Source: an uncultured Holophaga sp.
Lineage (GTDB): Bacteria > Acidobacteriota > Holophagae > Holophagales > Holophagaceae
Length of the DNA: 64,000 nucleotides
NCBI GenBank assembly: GCA_963664825.1
Contig: OY761614.1
Coordinates: 960,001 to 1,024,000, forward strand
Reading direction: 5' to 3'
The translations under genes were made by a program, and so were the position numbers. The notes below the pieces were generated by a model. That model was given only the letters and a program-made list of their open reading frames with translations, did no database searches and was not told where the DNA came from. Shown here piece by piece: positions 30,240 to 39,850 of the stretch (its first letter is position 1; each line of letters starts with the position of its first letter).

Positions 30240-32312
30240 ATGCGCATCGCACCCTCCTCCCTCACCGTCCTGCTCGTTCTGGGGGGCCTGAACTTCGCCC
30301 CAGCCGCCGCGCCCGTGGCCAGGGTTCACGCGACCAAGGGCAAGGGCATCGATCTCGCGGCCATGGACCGGACCGTCATCCCCGGGGACGACTTCTACGC
30401 CTTCGCCAACGGGGCCTGGACCAAGCGCACCGCCATCCCGGCGGATCGGGGTTCCTACGGCATCGGCACGGAGGTGCAGGAGCGCACCAGCGAGCGCATC
30501 GCCGCGCTGATCCGGGATATCGCCCAGGGCAAGGCGAAGCCCAGTGCGGACGCCGCCAAGATCCGGGACTTCTACACCAGTTTCATGGATGAGGCCGGCA
30601 TCGAGGCCCGGGGCCTGAAGCCCCTCCAGCCCACCCTGGACAGGATCCAGGCCATCTCCGACCGCCAGGCCCTGTCCCAGGCCCTGGGAGATACCCTGAG
30701 GGCCGACGTGGATGTGCTCAACGCCACGAGCCTCACCACCCGCAATCTGCTGGGCCTCTGGGTGGCCCAGGACCTGAACGATCCCTCCCGCTACGTGCCC
30801 TTCCTGCTCCAGGGAGGCCTCAGCCTGCCGGACCGGGATTTCTACCTCTCGGCCACCCCCCAGATGGAGACCATCCGCGCGCGCTACCTGGCCCATATCG
30901 CCAAGGTCCTCCAGCTGGCGGGCCTCCCCGACGCCGAGGCCAGGGCCTCACGCATCCTCCAGCTGGAACACCGCATGGCCGAGGCCCACGGCAGCCGCAC
31001 GGAAACAGGCGACGTAAAGAAGGGAAACAATCCCTGGACCCGCCATGACTTCGACACCAAGGCTCCCGGCATGGATTGGGAGGCCTACTTCAAGGCCGCA
31101 GGCCTCAAGGACCAGCAGGCTTTCGTGGTATGGCAACCCGGCGCCCTCACGGGACTCTCGGCCCTGGTGGGTTCCGAATCAATGGATACCTGGAAGGACT
31201 ACCTCACCTACCAGGCTCTGGATGGCGTCTCCAGCGTGCTGCCCAAGGCCTTCGCCGAGGAGCGCTTCGCCTTCTTCGGTCAGACCCTCCAGGGTGTGCC
31301 CCAGCAGCGGGAACGCGCCAAGCGGGGCATCGATTTCACCAGCGTGGCCCTGGGGGAGATCACCGGCAAGCTCTACGTGGAGCGCCATTTCCCCGCTGCC
31401 GATAAGGCCCGAGTCCAGGCCCTGGTGGCCAATATCATGAAGGCCTTCGAGCGCCGCATCGATAACCTGGAATGGATGGCCCCCAGCACCAAGGCCAAGG
31501 CCAAGGCCAAACTGGCGGTCATGAAGGTAGGCGTGGGCTACCCCGATCAATGGACGGACCACGCGGGCCTCACGATCGACCCCAAGGATATCGTCGGCAA
31601 CCTGGAGCGCATCGGGCGCTTCGAGCTGGCGCGGAACCTGAAGAAGCTGGGCAGCCCCGTGGACCGCGCCGAATGGGTGATGACGCCTCAGGTGGTCAAT
31701 GCCGTGAACCTGCCCGCCATGAACGCCATGAACTTCCCGGCAGGGATGCTGCAGCCCCCCTACTTCGACCCCCGGCAACCCGACGCCATGAACTACGGCG
31801 CCATCGGCGCCATCATCGGCCACGAGGTCAGCCATAGCTTCGATGACCAGGGCGCCCTCTTCGACTCGAAGGGCAGGCTCAACAACTGGTGGACCGACGA
31901 GGACATGGCCCACTTCCAGGCCAGCGCCGCCAAGCTGGTGGCTCAGTACAACGGCTACCATCCCCTCCCGGATGTGGCCGTCAATGGCCAGCAGACCCTT
32001 GGGGAGAATATCGCCGATGTGGCGGGCCTGGCCGTCTCCCTGGACGCCTTCCATCTCTCGCTGAAACACGGCAAAGCCCCCAGGCTCCAGGGATTCACCG
32101 GCGATCAGCAGTTCTTCCTGAGCTACGCCCAGAGCTGGCGCCAGAAGAGCCGCGAGGCCATGCTTCGCCAGCAGCTCATCACCGACGGCCACACCCCCGC
32201 CCAATACCGCACCTACACGGTCCGGAACCTGGACGCCTGGTACGAGGCCTTCAACGTGAAACCGGGCCAGAAGTTCTTCCTGGAGCCCAAGGAGCGGGTG
32301 AGGATCTGGTAG
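30240..32312 (+). CDS. M13 family metallopeptidase (PepO/neprilysin-like), exported
   Basis: PGDDFY..ANG.W, VNA, GHEVSH (HExxH) and GENIAD motifs. Signal peptide. Confidence 0.95.
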   Translation: MRIAPSSLTVLLVLGGLNFAPAAAPVARVHATKGKGIDLAAMDRTVIPGDDFYAFANGAWTKRTAIPADRGSYGIGTEVQERTSERIAALIRDIAQGKAKPSADAAKIRDFYTSFMDEAGIEARGLKPLQPTLDRIQAISDRQALSQALGDTLRADVDVLNATSLTTRNLLGLWVAQDLNDPSRYVPFLLQGGLSLPDRDFYLSATPQMETIRARYLAHIAKVLQLAGLPDAEARASRILQLEHRMAEAHGSRTETGDVKKGNNPWTRHDFDTKAPGMDWEAYFKAAGLKDQQAFVVWQPGALTGLSALVGSESMDTWKDYLTYQALDGVSSVLPKAFAEERFAFFGQTLQGVPQQRERAKRGIDFTSVALGEITGKLYVERHFPAADKARVQALVANIMKAFERRIDNLEWMAPSTKAKAKAKLAVMKVGVGYPDQWTDHAGLTIDPKDIVGNLERIGRFELARNLKKLGSPVDRAEWVMTPQVVNAVNLPAMNAMNFPAGMLQPPYFDPRQPDAMNYGAIGAIIGHEVSHSFDDQGALFDSKGRLNNWWTDEDMAHFQASAAKLVAQYNGYHPLPDVAVNGQQTLGENIADVAGLAVSLDAFHLSLKHGKAPRLQGFTGDQQFFLSYAQSWRQKSREAMLRQQLITDGHTPAQYRTYTVRNLDAWYEAFNVKPGQKFFLEPKERVRIW

Positions 32313-33672
32313 GGGCTCGTCGGATCAGATCCAGGAGCCTCGAGAGGGAAGCCTCCGTCTCCCTCTGGAGGCCCCGCAGTTTCTCCAGAGCCTCCTGGCG
32401 GGCCATGGGGCCCTGCCGGAGCTGAATGGCGGTTTCTTCCAGGGCGGCCCGGAAGGCCGACCAATCCTTTCCCAATCGGGCAAAGGCCTCCCGCTCCCTG
32501 TCCTCCATAGGCAGGGACGCGAAGTCCTGGAGATCTTGATCCACAACTCGGAGCTGGTGATCCAGGCCCGCCAGGAACTCCCAGGGCGGGATTTCCCCCC
32601 GGAGCACCCACCTCATCGAGTCGCCCGTCGCCCTGAGGGTCACCCCCCCGTGGACGAGCCGCGCCAGGCGCAGGCGCCCCACATCCAGGGCGACCCGGGG
32701 GCCCCGTTCCCGGGCGTGAATCCAGTGGGATTGTAAAAGAGCATCCGTCAGCCCCAGGACGAGGCAGAGAGAGACCAGGAGGGCCCAGGGCCTGATACGG
32801 GCCCGGCCTCCGCTGGGGCTCAGCCTCAAGGCCACGCCCCCCAGGGCCAGCAGCACCGCACCCAGGATCATCCGCCCCCCCGCCGCGGCGGCCGCCAGGG
32901 CGCCCACGGGGCCGGGCCGAGTGAGATCCAGCGAAAGGCAGAGCAGGAGCCCCGAGAAGAGCCCCGCCAGCCCCAGGCCTGCTAGGGCCAAAGCGGAAAT
33001 CCTTTCAATGCCCCGGGGAGCCTCCCCCACATCGGCCGCCGCCAAGCACTTCGTCGCCAGGCAAGCCCCCAGCAGGGTCAGGAGCACAGCCCCCAGGATA
33101 TCAAAGGGAGGGTGATGGCCCCCCAGGAAGAGGGCGCAGCTCACCAGGGCCGCGCCGAGCCCCCCCACCGGCGCAAGCCAGGGGCGCCACCGAGGGGGAG
33201 CCAGCAGCAGGAGGGATAGGGCCAAAGAGACGGCCATCGTCGTATGCCCGCTGGGAAAGCCCACGGGCAGGCGGACCGGGAAACCCAGGTAGGGAAGGCC
33301 GCTCTTGATCATCTGCGTGCAGAGATTGGCTCCCCCGAAGAAGAGCACCGTGATGCCGAGGCTCCGAGGGAAGGCCCGGGTGCGCACCCATTGGAGCAGG
33401 AGGGCCAGCAGGAGCAGGATCCCCCAAAGGATTGCCAGCGCCTGGGAGCCGGAGATGATCCTCCCCAATAGCCCCTCCGGGCCTGCCTCCAGGAGCATTC
33501 CAGCCCCTCCCTGGGCCAGCCGATCGAAAGCCCAGAGCCGCCCGGGACCCAGGGCCCCCCGGGCCAGGAGCAGGAAGCAGCCAAGGGCCGAGAGACTCAG
33601 GAGCATCCCAGGAACTCCCAGGACGCGCCGAGGAGAGGCCGTGGCCCGCAGGGTCAGCCCCGCCTCGCTCAT
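32251..33672 (-). CDS. PAP2-family membrane phosphatase with a C-terminal helical-bundle extension
   Basis: GFPSGHT and HHPPFDILG motifs, many TM helices. The 3' end overlaps the M13 gene by 62 nt. Confidence 0.65.
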   Translation of the reverse strand: MSEAGLTLRATASPRRVLGVPGMLLSLSALGCFLLLARGALGPGRLWAFDRLAQGGAGMLLEAGPEGLLGRIISGSQALAILWGILLLLALLLQWVRTRAFPRSLGITVLFFGGANLCTQMIKSGLPYLGFPVRLPVGFPSGHTTMAVSLALSLLLLAPPRWRPWLAPVGGLGAALVSCALFLGGHHPPFDILGAVLLTLLGACLATKCLAAADVGEAPRGIERISALALAGLGLAGLFSGLLLCLSLDLTRPGPVGALAAAAAGGRMILGAVLLALGGVALRLSPSGGRARIRPWALLVSLCLVLGLTDALLQSHWIHARERGPRVALDVGRLRLARLVHGGVTLRATGDSMRWVLRGEIPPWEFLAGLDHQLRVVDQDLQDFASLPMEDREREAFARLGKDWSAFRAALEETAIQLRQGPMARQEALEKLRGLQRETEASLSRLLDLIRRAPTRSSPAPWAPGRTSGPVSR

Positions 33673-35171
33673 GCCTCGAAGGGTTCTTCGGCGGAGAGGG
33701 CTGGGGAGAGAGGCGGCCCCCCCGGGCTGCTGGGATCATGGGGCAGGCTGCCCCGGGGGGAGCGGAGATAGACATAGGGTGTCGCATGGAGGAAGTTGGA
33801 GACCCGCGACGTGTAGACATCGGCGTAGCGCTCCACCTGGCGGGCCAGATGGCTCTTGTCGTTGCCCGCCCGGGTGAGGAGGCCCCAGCGCCCATTGGTC
33901 AGCTCGGTAGAGGCCTTGGCCAGGGGGGCGATGGTGGCGTCCAGCACCAGCAGGCGGCTTCGCAATTCCTGGATCGAGGCCTCCAGTTCCCCGGCACTGC
34001 ATTCAGGCACGGGCCCGTACCCGCTGCGCAGACGCTGAAGGGCGATGCGCGCCTGGGAAAGCTGGGATTCCAGGCCCTCTTTTTCCTCCATCTTGGCCGC
34101 GAGGATCACTTCGGTCTGCCGGAAGGATTCCAGAGCCGCCACCTCGGCCTCCAGCTCCCGCAGCACCAGCGCCGTACGCCAGTGCAGGAGGCGCTTGCTC
34201 ACATGCACATCGCCGAACATGTGATCGCCCACGTAGAGGATCTGATCACCGGCGATCCCCAGATCCAGTTCCACCTGGGCGGCGCATCCCCCCACGTAGG
34301 CGGCCCCGTGCTTCAGGGGGCCCACCAGGGGACGGAGTAGTCCCTCATTGGTGACGATCTCGTAGAAGGGCGCGTGCGCCGTGAAGAAGTCCGGCTTGCG
34401 GGCGCTGACGATGACCAGATCAAAGAGTTGGCGCCAGGTCATGCCCCCGGGCAGGAAGGGGTCGAAGGCGTAGGCCATCATCCGCCGGGTGAAGCTCCAT
34501 TCGGAATTGGTGATGAGCACCAGCTTCTTGCCCGCGGCCCGCTGATCCAGCAGCGTCAGGGCCGCCTCCGGGTCCAGCACCACGTAGCGTTCGGGCTCGG
34601 CGGCCATCTCGGCCTTGAGCTTGCCCTCCAGATGCTGGGCGTCCACCTTGGCCCGCACCCGGCGGTAGAGTTCCTCGTAGCCCCTCACCTTGGGAAGCTT
34701 GCCCTGGTCCAGCAGCTCCACCATCTGGGCGTAGAGACATCCCTCCGAGAGCGAGAAGAGCGTATTGAGGAAGACCCAGCGGCTCTCGGCCAGATCCACC
34801 AGGGCATGGGTGTAGGCCTCCCGCTGGGTGGCGAAATCCAGGGCCTGGGTGCCGTGCATGGCCCGCTTGATGAAGCCGAAGCGGTTGGCCTTCACCAGAT
34901 TGCCCAGTTCCGTATCGATCACGAGGCCCCGGGCCACCATCTCCGGGTCGAAGACCAGATCCTGGACCGGCCAGCCTTCTCTCAGGCAACTCTCCAGGGC
35001 CATATCGAAGACCCGCCGCTCCAGCACCTCCACCTGGTAGTCCACCAGCGTATAGTCCATGTCGTAGCCGACAGCCTTGAGCGCCCGGAAATTCAGGGTC
35101 CGGTTGCAGAAGACGCCCCGGCCCCGGGGAAGAGTGCGGGATGAATCGGGGTTATGGGCATCGGGGGTCAT
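33669..35171 (-). CDS. HAD-IG family 5'-nucleotidase (cN-II-like)
   Basis: VFCNR, GYDMDYTL, LITNS, KPDFF, YVGDHMFGDV and RYADVYTS motifs. Confidence 0.9.
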   Translation of the reverse strand: MTPDAHNPDSSRTLPRGRGVFCNRTLNFRALKAVGYDMDYTLVDYQVEVLERRVFDMALESCLREGWPVQDLVFDPEMVARGLVIDTELGNLVKANRFGFIKRAMHGTQALDFATQREAYTHALVDLAESRWVFLNTLFSLSEGCLYAQMVELLDQGKLPKVRGYEELYRRVRAKVDAQHLEGKLKAEMAAEPERYVVLDPEAALTLLDQRAAGKKLVLITNSEWSFTRRMMAYAFDPFLPGGMTWRQLFDLVIVSARKPDFFTAHAPFYEIVTNEGLLRPLVGPLKHGAAYVGGCAAQVELDLGIAGDQILYVGDHMFGDVHVSKRLLHWRTALVLRELEAEVAALESFRQTEVILAAKMEEKEGLESQLSQARIALQRLRSGYGPVPECSAGELEASIQELRSRLLVLDATIAPLAKASTELTNGRWGLLTRAGNDKSHLARQVERYADVYTSRVSNFLHATPYVYLRSPRGSLPHDPSSPGGPPLSPALSAEEPFEA

Positions 35172-35279
35172 GGCTCTCAGGATACAAGGGACGAAGGCGG
35201 CTGCGGCCCCTAAGCCCTGGGACAAATCCTGCCCTGGACGAAGGAGCCCCTCCCACCTCAGTCTGGACGTGGAGAAATC

Positions 35280-36098
35280 GTGAAAGCCATGTCCGCACGC
35301 CACCTGATCCTCCTCACCAACGATGACGGTATCGCCTCTCCCGGCCTGAAGGCCGCGGTCCGGGCCGTGCTGGACCTGGGAGAGCTCCTGATCGTGGCGC
35401 CCTCCACCCAGCAGACGGCCATGGGCCGGAGTTTCCGGTGCCGCAAGGAGGGCCGATTGGAGCCCATCGCCTATGAGGTGGATGGCCATAGCCTGCGCGC
35501 CTTCCACGCCGAGGGCACACCGGCCGCCGTGGTGCGCCACGCCCTCCAGGTCCTCTGCGGGGAACGCCATCCAGACCTGCTCATCTCCGGCATCAACTAT
35601 GGCGAGAATGTCGGCACCAGCATCTCCGCCTCCGGCACCGTGGGCGCCGCCATCGAGGCCGCCAGCATGGGCATCCCCGCCCTGGCCGCAGCCCGCCAGG
35701 TCCATCCCGACGATTTCATGGAGCACGGCCAGCAGGATTGGCGGGCCTCGGAGCACTTCCTGAGGCTCTTTGCCCTGAAGCTCCTGGCCAATCCCATGCC
35801 CTTCGACGTCGATATGCTGAAGATCGATGTGCCCGATGGGGCCACGATGGATACGCCCTGGCGCCTGAGCCGCCTGTCCCGCCAGCGCTACTTCGAGTTA
35901 GCGCTGGAGGCTCCCAGCCCGGAGAGCCCCATGGGCGACGGCCGGATCGCGGTGAGGATCGATCACGCCACCCTGGAACCCGATTCGGATATCCATGCCC
36001 TGGCCGTGGACCACGTGGTGGCCGTCACCCCCCTCAGCCTGGACGCCACCTCCCGCACGGATTTCGGGATGCTCCGCCGGATCCTGGGCCAGGGCTGA
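35280..36098 (+). CDS. surE: 5'/3'-nucleotidase SurE
   Basis: ILLTNDDGI, GTPA, SGINYGEN and SGTVGAA motifs. Confidence 0.93.
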   Translation: MKAMSARHLILLTNDDGIASPGLKAAVRAVLDLGELLIVAPSTQQTAMGRSFRCRKEGRLEPIAYEVDGHSLRAFHAEGTPAAVVRHALQVLCGERHPDLLISGINYGENVGTSISASGTVGAAIEAASMGIPALAAARQVHPDDFMEHGQQDWRASEHFLRLFALKLLANPMPFDVDMLKIDVPDGATMDTPWRLSRLSRQRYFELALEAPSPESPMGDGRIAVRIDHATLEPDSDIHALAVDHVVAVTPLSLDATSRTDFGMLRRILGQG

Positions 36099-36174
36099 AC
36101 CCGATCGTGGCCGATCATCCCGCCAAAACCTGACCCGGATTCAAACCCGCCCCTCCTCCTGCCGAAGGGGTTCC

Positions 36175-37641
36175 ATGGCCACCCTTCAGATCCGAAGTTC
36201 CTGGGGCAACCGTCAGACCGCGCTCCTCACCCTGGTCTGCCTGCTGTTCGCGGGAGCGGCTGTGTTTTTCGTCATGGACTACGGCAGTCTCAGGGACTTC
36301 GAGCCCAACGGGATCTCCACGGCCAGCCGGGCCTTCAACCAGTTCATGGCCGTGGCCACCACCAGCATCGCGCTCATCATCCCCCTCACCGCCAATCTCT
36401 ATACGCCCAAACTGGTGAAGCTCTACGTGACCCATCCCCTCATCGTCGGGGGGATGGTGGTCTTCATCGCGGGCCACGCACTGACCATGTCCCTGCACTT
36501 CTTCCCCAGGGAACACCTCGTCAGCCAGATCATCGTTGTCCTGATCGCAATCATCTATGTGATCGTGCTGGCGGGGGCCCTGCCCTATCTCTACGGCATC
36601 AGCCAATTCCTGCGGCCCAGTTTCTTCATGCCCATGCTCACCCGCAAGGGCGCCCGCAGCCTGGAGGAGCTCAAGGAGGGCAAGCGGCCCCGCCAGAACG
36701 GCCATGATCTCTTCGAGACCATCGACGTGGTCACCAATATCGCCCTCACGGGCATGGCCCGGGGCGATCGCCAGATTGTGCTGCTGGCCCTCCAGTCCCT
36801 GAACGCCCTCTTGACGGAGATCATCGGCAGTTCCAGCCCCGCCTGGCGTGCGGCACAGCCCTTCTTCGTGCCCGGCCTGGCCATGGAGGGGCAGGAATTC
36901 CTCATCCGCGAGCGCATCTGGCCCGAGGCTTACGTGCTGGCCCAGACCCTCAAGGTGATGGAGGGGGCCACCAAGCGCCAGCACGAGGTCATGGCTGAAC
37001 TGGCTGGCCAGATGGTGGAGACGGCCCATCTCGCCTCCGTCCTCCAACGGGATGCCGTGGTCGAACTCCACATCATGGCCTTCAATTCCCTGCTGCGGGA
37101 GGCCATCGAGGAGAAGGATCTGCGCCGTTTTCAGAATCTCTCCTACCACTACCGCCTCCTCATCGAGGGCTTCCACGACACCCCCGCCCGCATGCACGAG
37201 GCCACCCAGCACCTACTCCACTACGGCAGGCTCGCGGTCCGCCAGGGGCTCCATTTCGGGCTGGAGACCGTGATCTACGATATGGGGGAACTGGTGCTGA
37301 GCCTGGGCCGCCACGACGAGGAGCGGGCGGTGGAACTGGTCCAGGCCTGGGCGGGCCCCCTGTGGCAGGACGCCATCGACCAGGGCAGCCTGATGAAGAA
37401 GGTGGGCTGGCGCACCCTGATCCGGGTCCACTGGGAGGCCAAGGCCCTGGACCTGGAGGAACTGGCCAGCTCCGTCTACTGGCGCTATCTCTCGGACGAG
37501 ACCATCCACCGGGACCAGCTGGAACTGATCCTGGGCGAAAATAACGAGCTCCACTACGAATTCAACGACCGCCTCATGCGCTTCGCCCATCTTTCCCCCG
37601 GGGCCGAGGCCAGGGCACGGGAATTCCTGGAGAGCTGGTGA
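36175..37641 (+). CDS. Membrane protein (DUF2254-like: about 4 TM helices plus a helical C-domain)
   Basis: N-terminal TM helices, ANLYTPKL motif and a long helical C-terminal region. Confidence 0.6.
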   Translation: MATLQIRSSWGNRQTALLTLVCLLFAGAAVFFVMDYGSLRDFEPNGISTASRAFNQFMAVATTSIALIIPLTANLYTPKLVKLYVTHPLIVGGMVVFIAGHALTMSLHFFPREHLVSQIIVVLIAIIYVIVLAGALPYLYGISQFLRPSFFMPMLTRKGARSLEELKEGKRPRQNGHDLFETIDVVTNIALTGMARGDRQIVLLALQSLNALLTEIIGSSSPAWRAAQPFFVPGLAMEGQEFLIRERIWPEAYVLAQTLKVMEGATKRQHEVMAELAGQMVETAHLASVLQRDAVVELHIMAFNSLLREAIEEKDLRRFQNLSYHYRLLIEGFHDTPARMHEATQHLLHYGRLAVRQGLHFGLETVIYDMGELVLSLGRHDEERAVELVQAWAGPLWQDAIDQGSLMKKVGWRTLIRVHWEAKALDLEELASSVYWRYLSDETIHRDQLELILGENNELHYEFNDRLMRFAHLSPGAEARAREFLESW

Positions 37642-37696
37642 GGGCTCCCCGTGGGATCCTGGAACCTGGACCGACTCCGCTCTGTCGAGGTGAATC

Positions 37697-39784
37697 ATGT
37701 CGTTGAATTGGATCCTGGCCCCGGCCCTCATCCTCACGCTTCCCGTTGCGGCGGCAGAGAAGCGGGCCTTCACCATTGAGGATCTCTACAAGCTGAAGGG
37801 AGTCTCCGGCCTCAGCCTCTCGCCGGACGGTTCCAGGCTGCTCTTCCAGGTCTCCACCCAGGATCTCCGGAAGGCCAAACGCAATACCCAGGTGTGGATG
37901 CTGGATCTGGCCACGGGGGCCTCGCGCCAGATGACCTTCAACGACAAATCCAGCACTTCCCCCCAGTGGTCCAAGGACGGGAAGACCATCCACTTCCTAT
38001 CAGCCCGGGAGGGGGGCAACCAGCTCTGGTCCCTGGATTTGGCGGGCGGAGAGGCGAAGCGCCTCACCACCTTCGAACCCGGCATCGGCACACCCCGGTT
38101 GCTGCCCGGAAACCAGGTGGTCTTCGATGCCCAGGTCTTCTGCGAAAGCATGGCCGATGGCGCGCGCCACAAGGAGCTGGTGGAGAAGCTGGAGAAGGGC
38201 CCGGTGCAGGCCCATCTCGCCGATAGCCTGCTCTACCGCCACTGGACCGAATACCGCGATTTCCAATACACCCATCTCTTCCGGGCCTCCTTCGGGGACG
38301 TCAAGGTGGAGGCCCTCACCTCTGGGCCCCAGGACTATCCGGCCGATGCCACCAGCGGCAGCCCCCAGACCTTCGATGTCAGCCCCGATGGCCGGGAGCT
38401 CTGCGTGGTCACCAACACGGATCCCATGCCCGCCCGCTCCACCAATAAGGATCTCTTCCTGATCAGCCTGGACGGCGACCGAACGCCCCAGCGCATCACG
38501 GGCAACAACCCGGCCTTCGACGGCGATCCTAAATACTCCCCGGACGGCCACGCCATCGCCTACCGGATGCAAAAGAGCCCCGGACAGGAATCCGATCGCT
38601 TCCGCCTGGCGGTGTACGACCGCACGGCCAAAACGAGCCGCGTGCTCACCGAATCCATCGATAACTGGGTGACCTCCTTCCAGTGGTCTTCGGACGGGAA
38701 ATACCTCTGGTTCACGCTGGACGAGAAGGGACGCCATCCCCTGCTTCGCGTCGACATTGCCACCGGCCGCATCCAGCGCATGCTGGAGGGCCATAGCATC
38801 GGCGAATTCGCGGTGGCTCCCGACCAGAAGTCCGTGGTCTTCACCCAGAGTCGCGTGGGCGAGCCTCTGGAAATCTGGCGCTACGGCTTCGGAAACAAGG
38901 AACTGAAGCGCCTCACGGCCTTCAACCAGGCCCTGGCCGACGAAATCGATATCCGCCCTGCGGAGGAGATGTGGGTGAAGGGCGCAGGTGGCGCCGATGT
39001 GCAGGTCTTCATCGTGAAGCCCCACGGCTTCGATCCGGCGAAAAAATACCCGCTCATCCTCAATGTCCACGGCGGTCCCCAGATGATGTGGTCGGATACC
39101 CTGCGAGGCGATTGGCAGGTCTACCCCGGCGCCGGATACGTGGTGGCCTTCCCCAATCCCCACGGTTCCACGGGCTACGGCCAGGCCTTCACCGACGCCA
39201 TCAGCGGCGACTGGGACGGTAAGGTCATGACCGATCTCGAGAAGGTGACCGACGCCCTGGCCGCCCTGCCCTTCGTGGACAAGGACCGCATGGGCGCTAT
39301 GGGCTGGAGCTGGGGCGGCTACGCCATGATGTGGTTGGAGGGCCACAGCACCCGCTACAAGGCCCTGGCCGCCATGATGGGCGTCTACGATCTGCCCAGC
39401 ATGCACGGCGCCACAGAAGAGCTGTGGTTCCCCGAATGGGATGTGAAGGGCACGCCCTGGGATAACCCCATCGGATACGCCCGGGCCAACCCCAGCGCCT
39501 CCGTGAAGAGTTTCAAGACCCCCTGCCTCGTCATCACCGGTGAAAAGGACTACCGCGTGCCCTACACCCAGAGCCTCCAGTTCTTCACCGGCCTCCAGAT
39601 CATGAACGTGCCCAGCCGCCTCATCGTCTTCAAGAACGATGGCCACTGGCCGGATGGTTTGAAGTCCATGCCCATCTACTACAACAGCCACCTGGAATGG
39701 TTCCAGAAATACCTGGGCGGAGGAGCTGCGCCCTGGAAGACCGAAGACATGGTGAGGAATGTGGCCTTCGAGGAGAAGAAGTAG
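37697..39784 (+). CDS. S9 family peptidase (acylaminoacyl/dipeptidyl peptidase), exported
   Basis: SPDG propeller repeats, VHGGPQ, GWSWGG nucleophile, GEKDYRVP and DGH. Confidence 0.95.
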   Translation: MSLNWILAPALILTLPVAAAEKRAFTIEDLYKLKGVSGLSLSPDGSRLLFQVSTQDLRKAKRNTQVWMLDLATGASRQMTFNDKSSTSPQWSKDGKTIHFLSAREGGNQLWSLDLAGGEAKRLTTFEPGIGTPRLLPGNQVVFDAQVFCESMADGARHKELVEKLEKGPVQAHLADSLLYRHWTEYRDFQYTHLFRASFGDVKVEALTSGPQDYPADATSGSPQTFDVSPDGRELCVVTNTDPMPARSTNKDLFLISLDGDRTPQRITGNNPAFDGDPKYSPDGHAIAYRMQKSPGQESDRFRLAVYDRTAKTSRVLTESIDNWVTSFQWSSDGKYLWFTLDEKGRHPLLRVDIATGRIQRMLEGHSIGEFAVAPDQKSVVFTQSRVGEPLEIWRYGFGNKELKRLTAFNQALADEIDIRPAEEMWVKGAGGADVQVFIVKPHGFDPAKKYPLILNVHGGPQMMWSDTLRGDWQVYPGAGYVVAFPNPHGSTGYGQAFTDAISGDWDGKVMTDLEKVTDALAALPFVDKDRMGAMGWSWGGYAMMWLEGHSTRYKALAAMMGVYDLPSMHGATEELWFPEWDVKGTPWDNPIGYARANPSASVKSFKTPCLVITGEKDYRVPYTQSLQFFTGLQIMNVPSRLIVFKNDGHWPDGLKSMPIYYNSHLEWFQKYLGGGAAPWKTEDMVRNVAFEEKK

Positions 39785-39805
39785 CTTTCAAAATCTCTCT
39801 GTTTC

Positions 39806-39835
39806 TATAAATCCGGGCTCGCGCCCGGATTTATA
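39806..39835. terminator. Bidirectional terminator-like hairpin
   Basis: TATAAATCCGGGC-TCGC-GCCCGGATTTATA, a perfect 13-bp stem between convergent genes. Confidence 0.7.
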
Positions 39836-39850
39836 TTGCAAAAAACGCGA

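Noticed and set aside
33669..35756. 695-aa extended nucleotidase; likewise the extended ORF-track starts for rodA, mfd, the TPR protein and the 24130 barrel
   Set aside because: The extensions overlap neighbouring genes or lack homology. Downstream starts with an RBS or coupling fit better.
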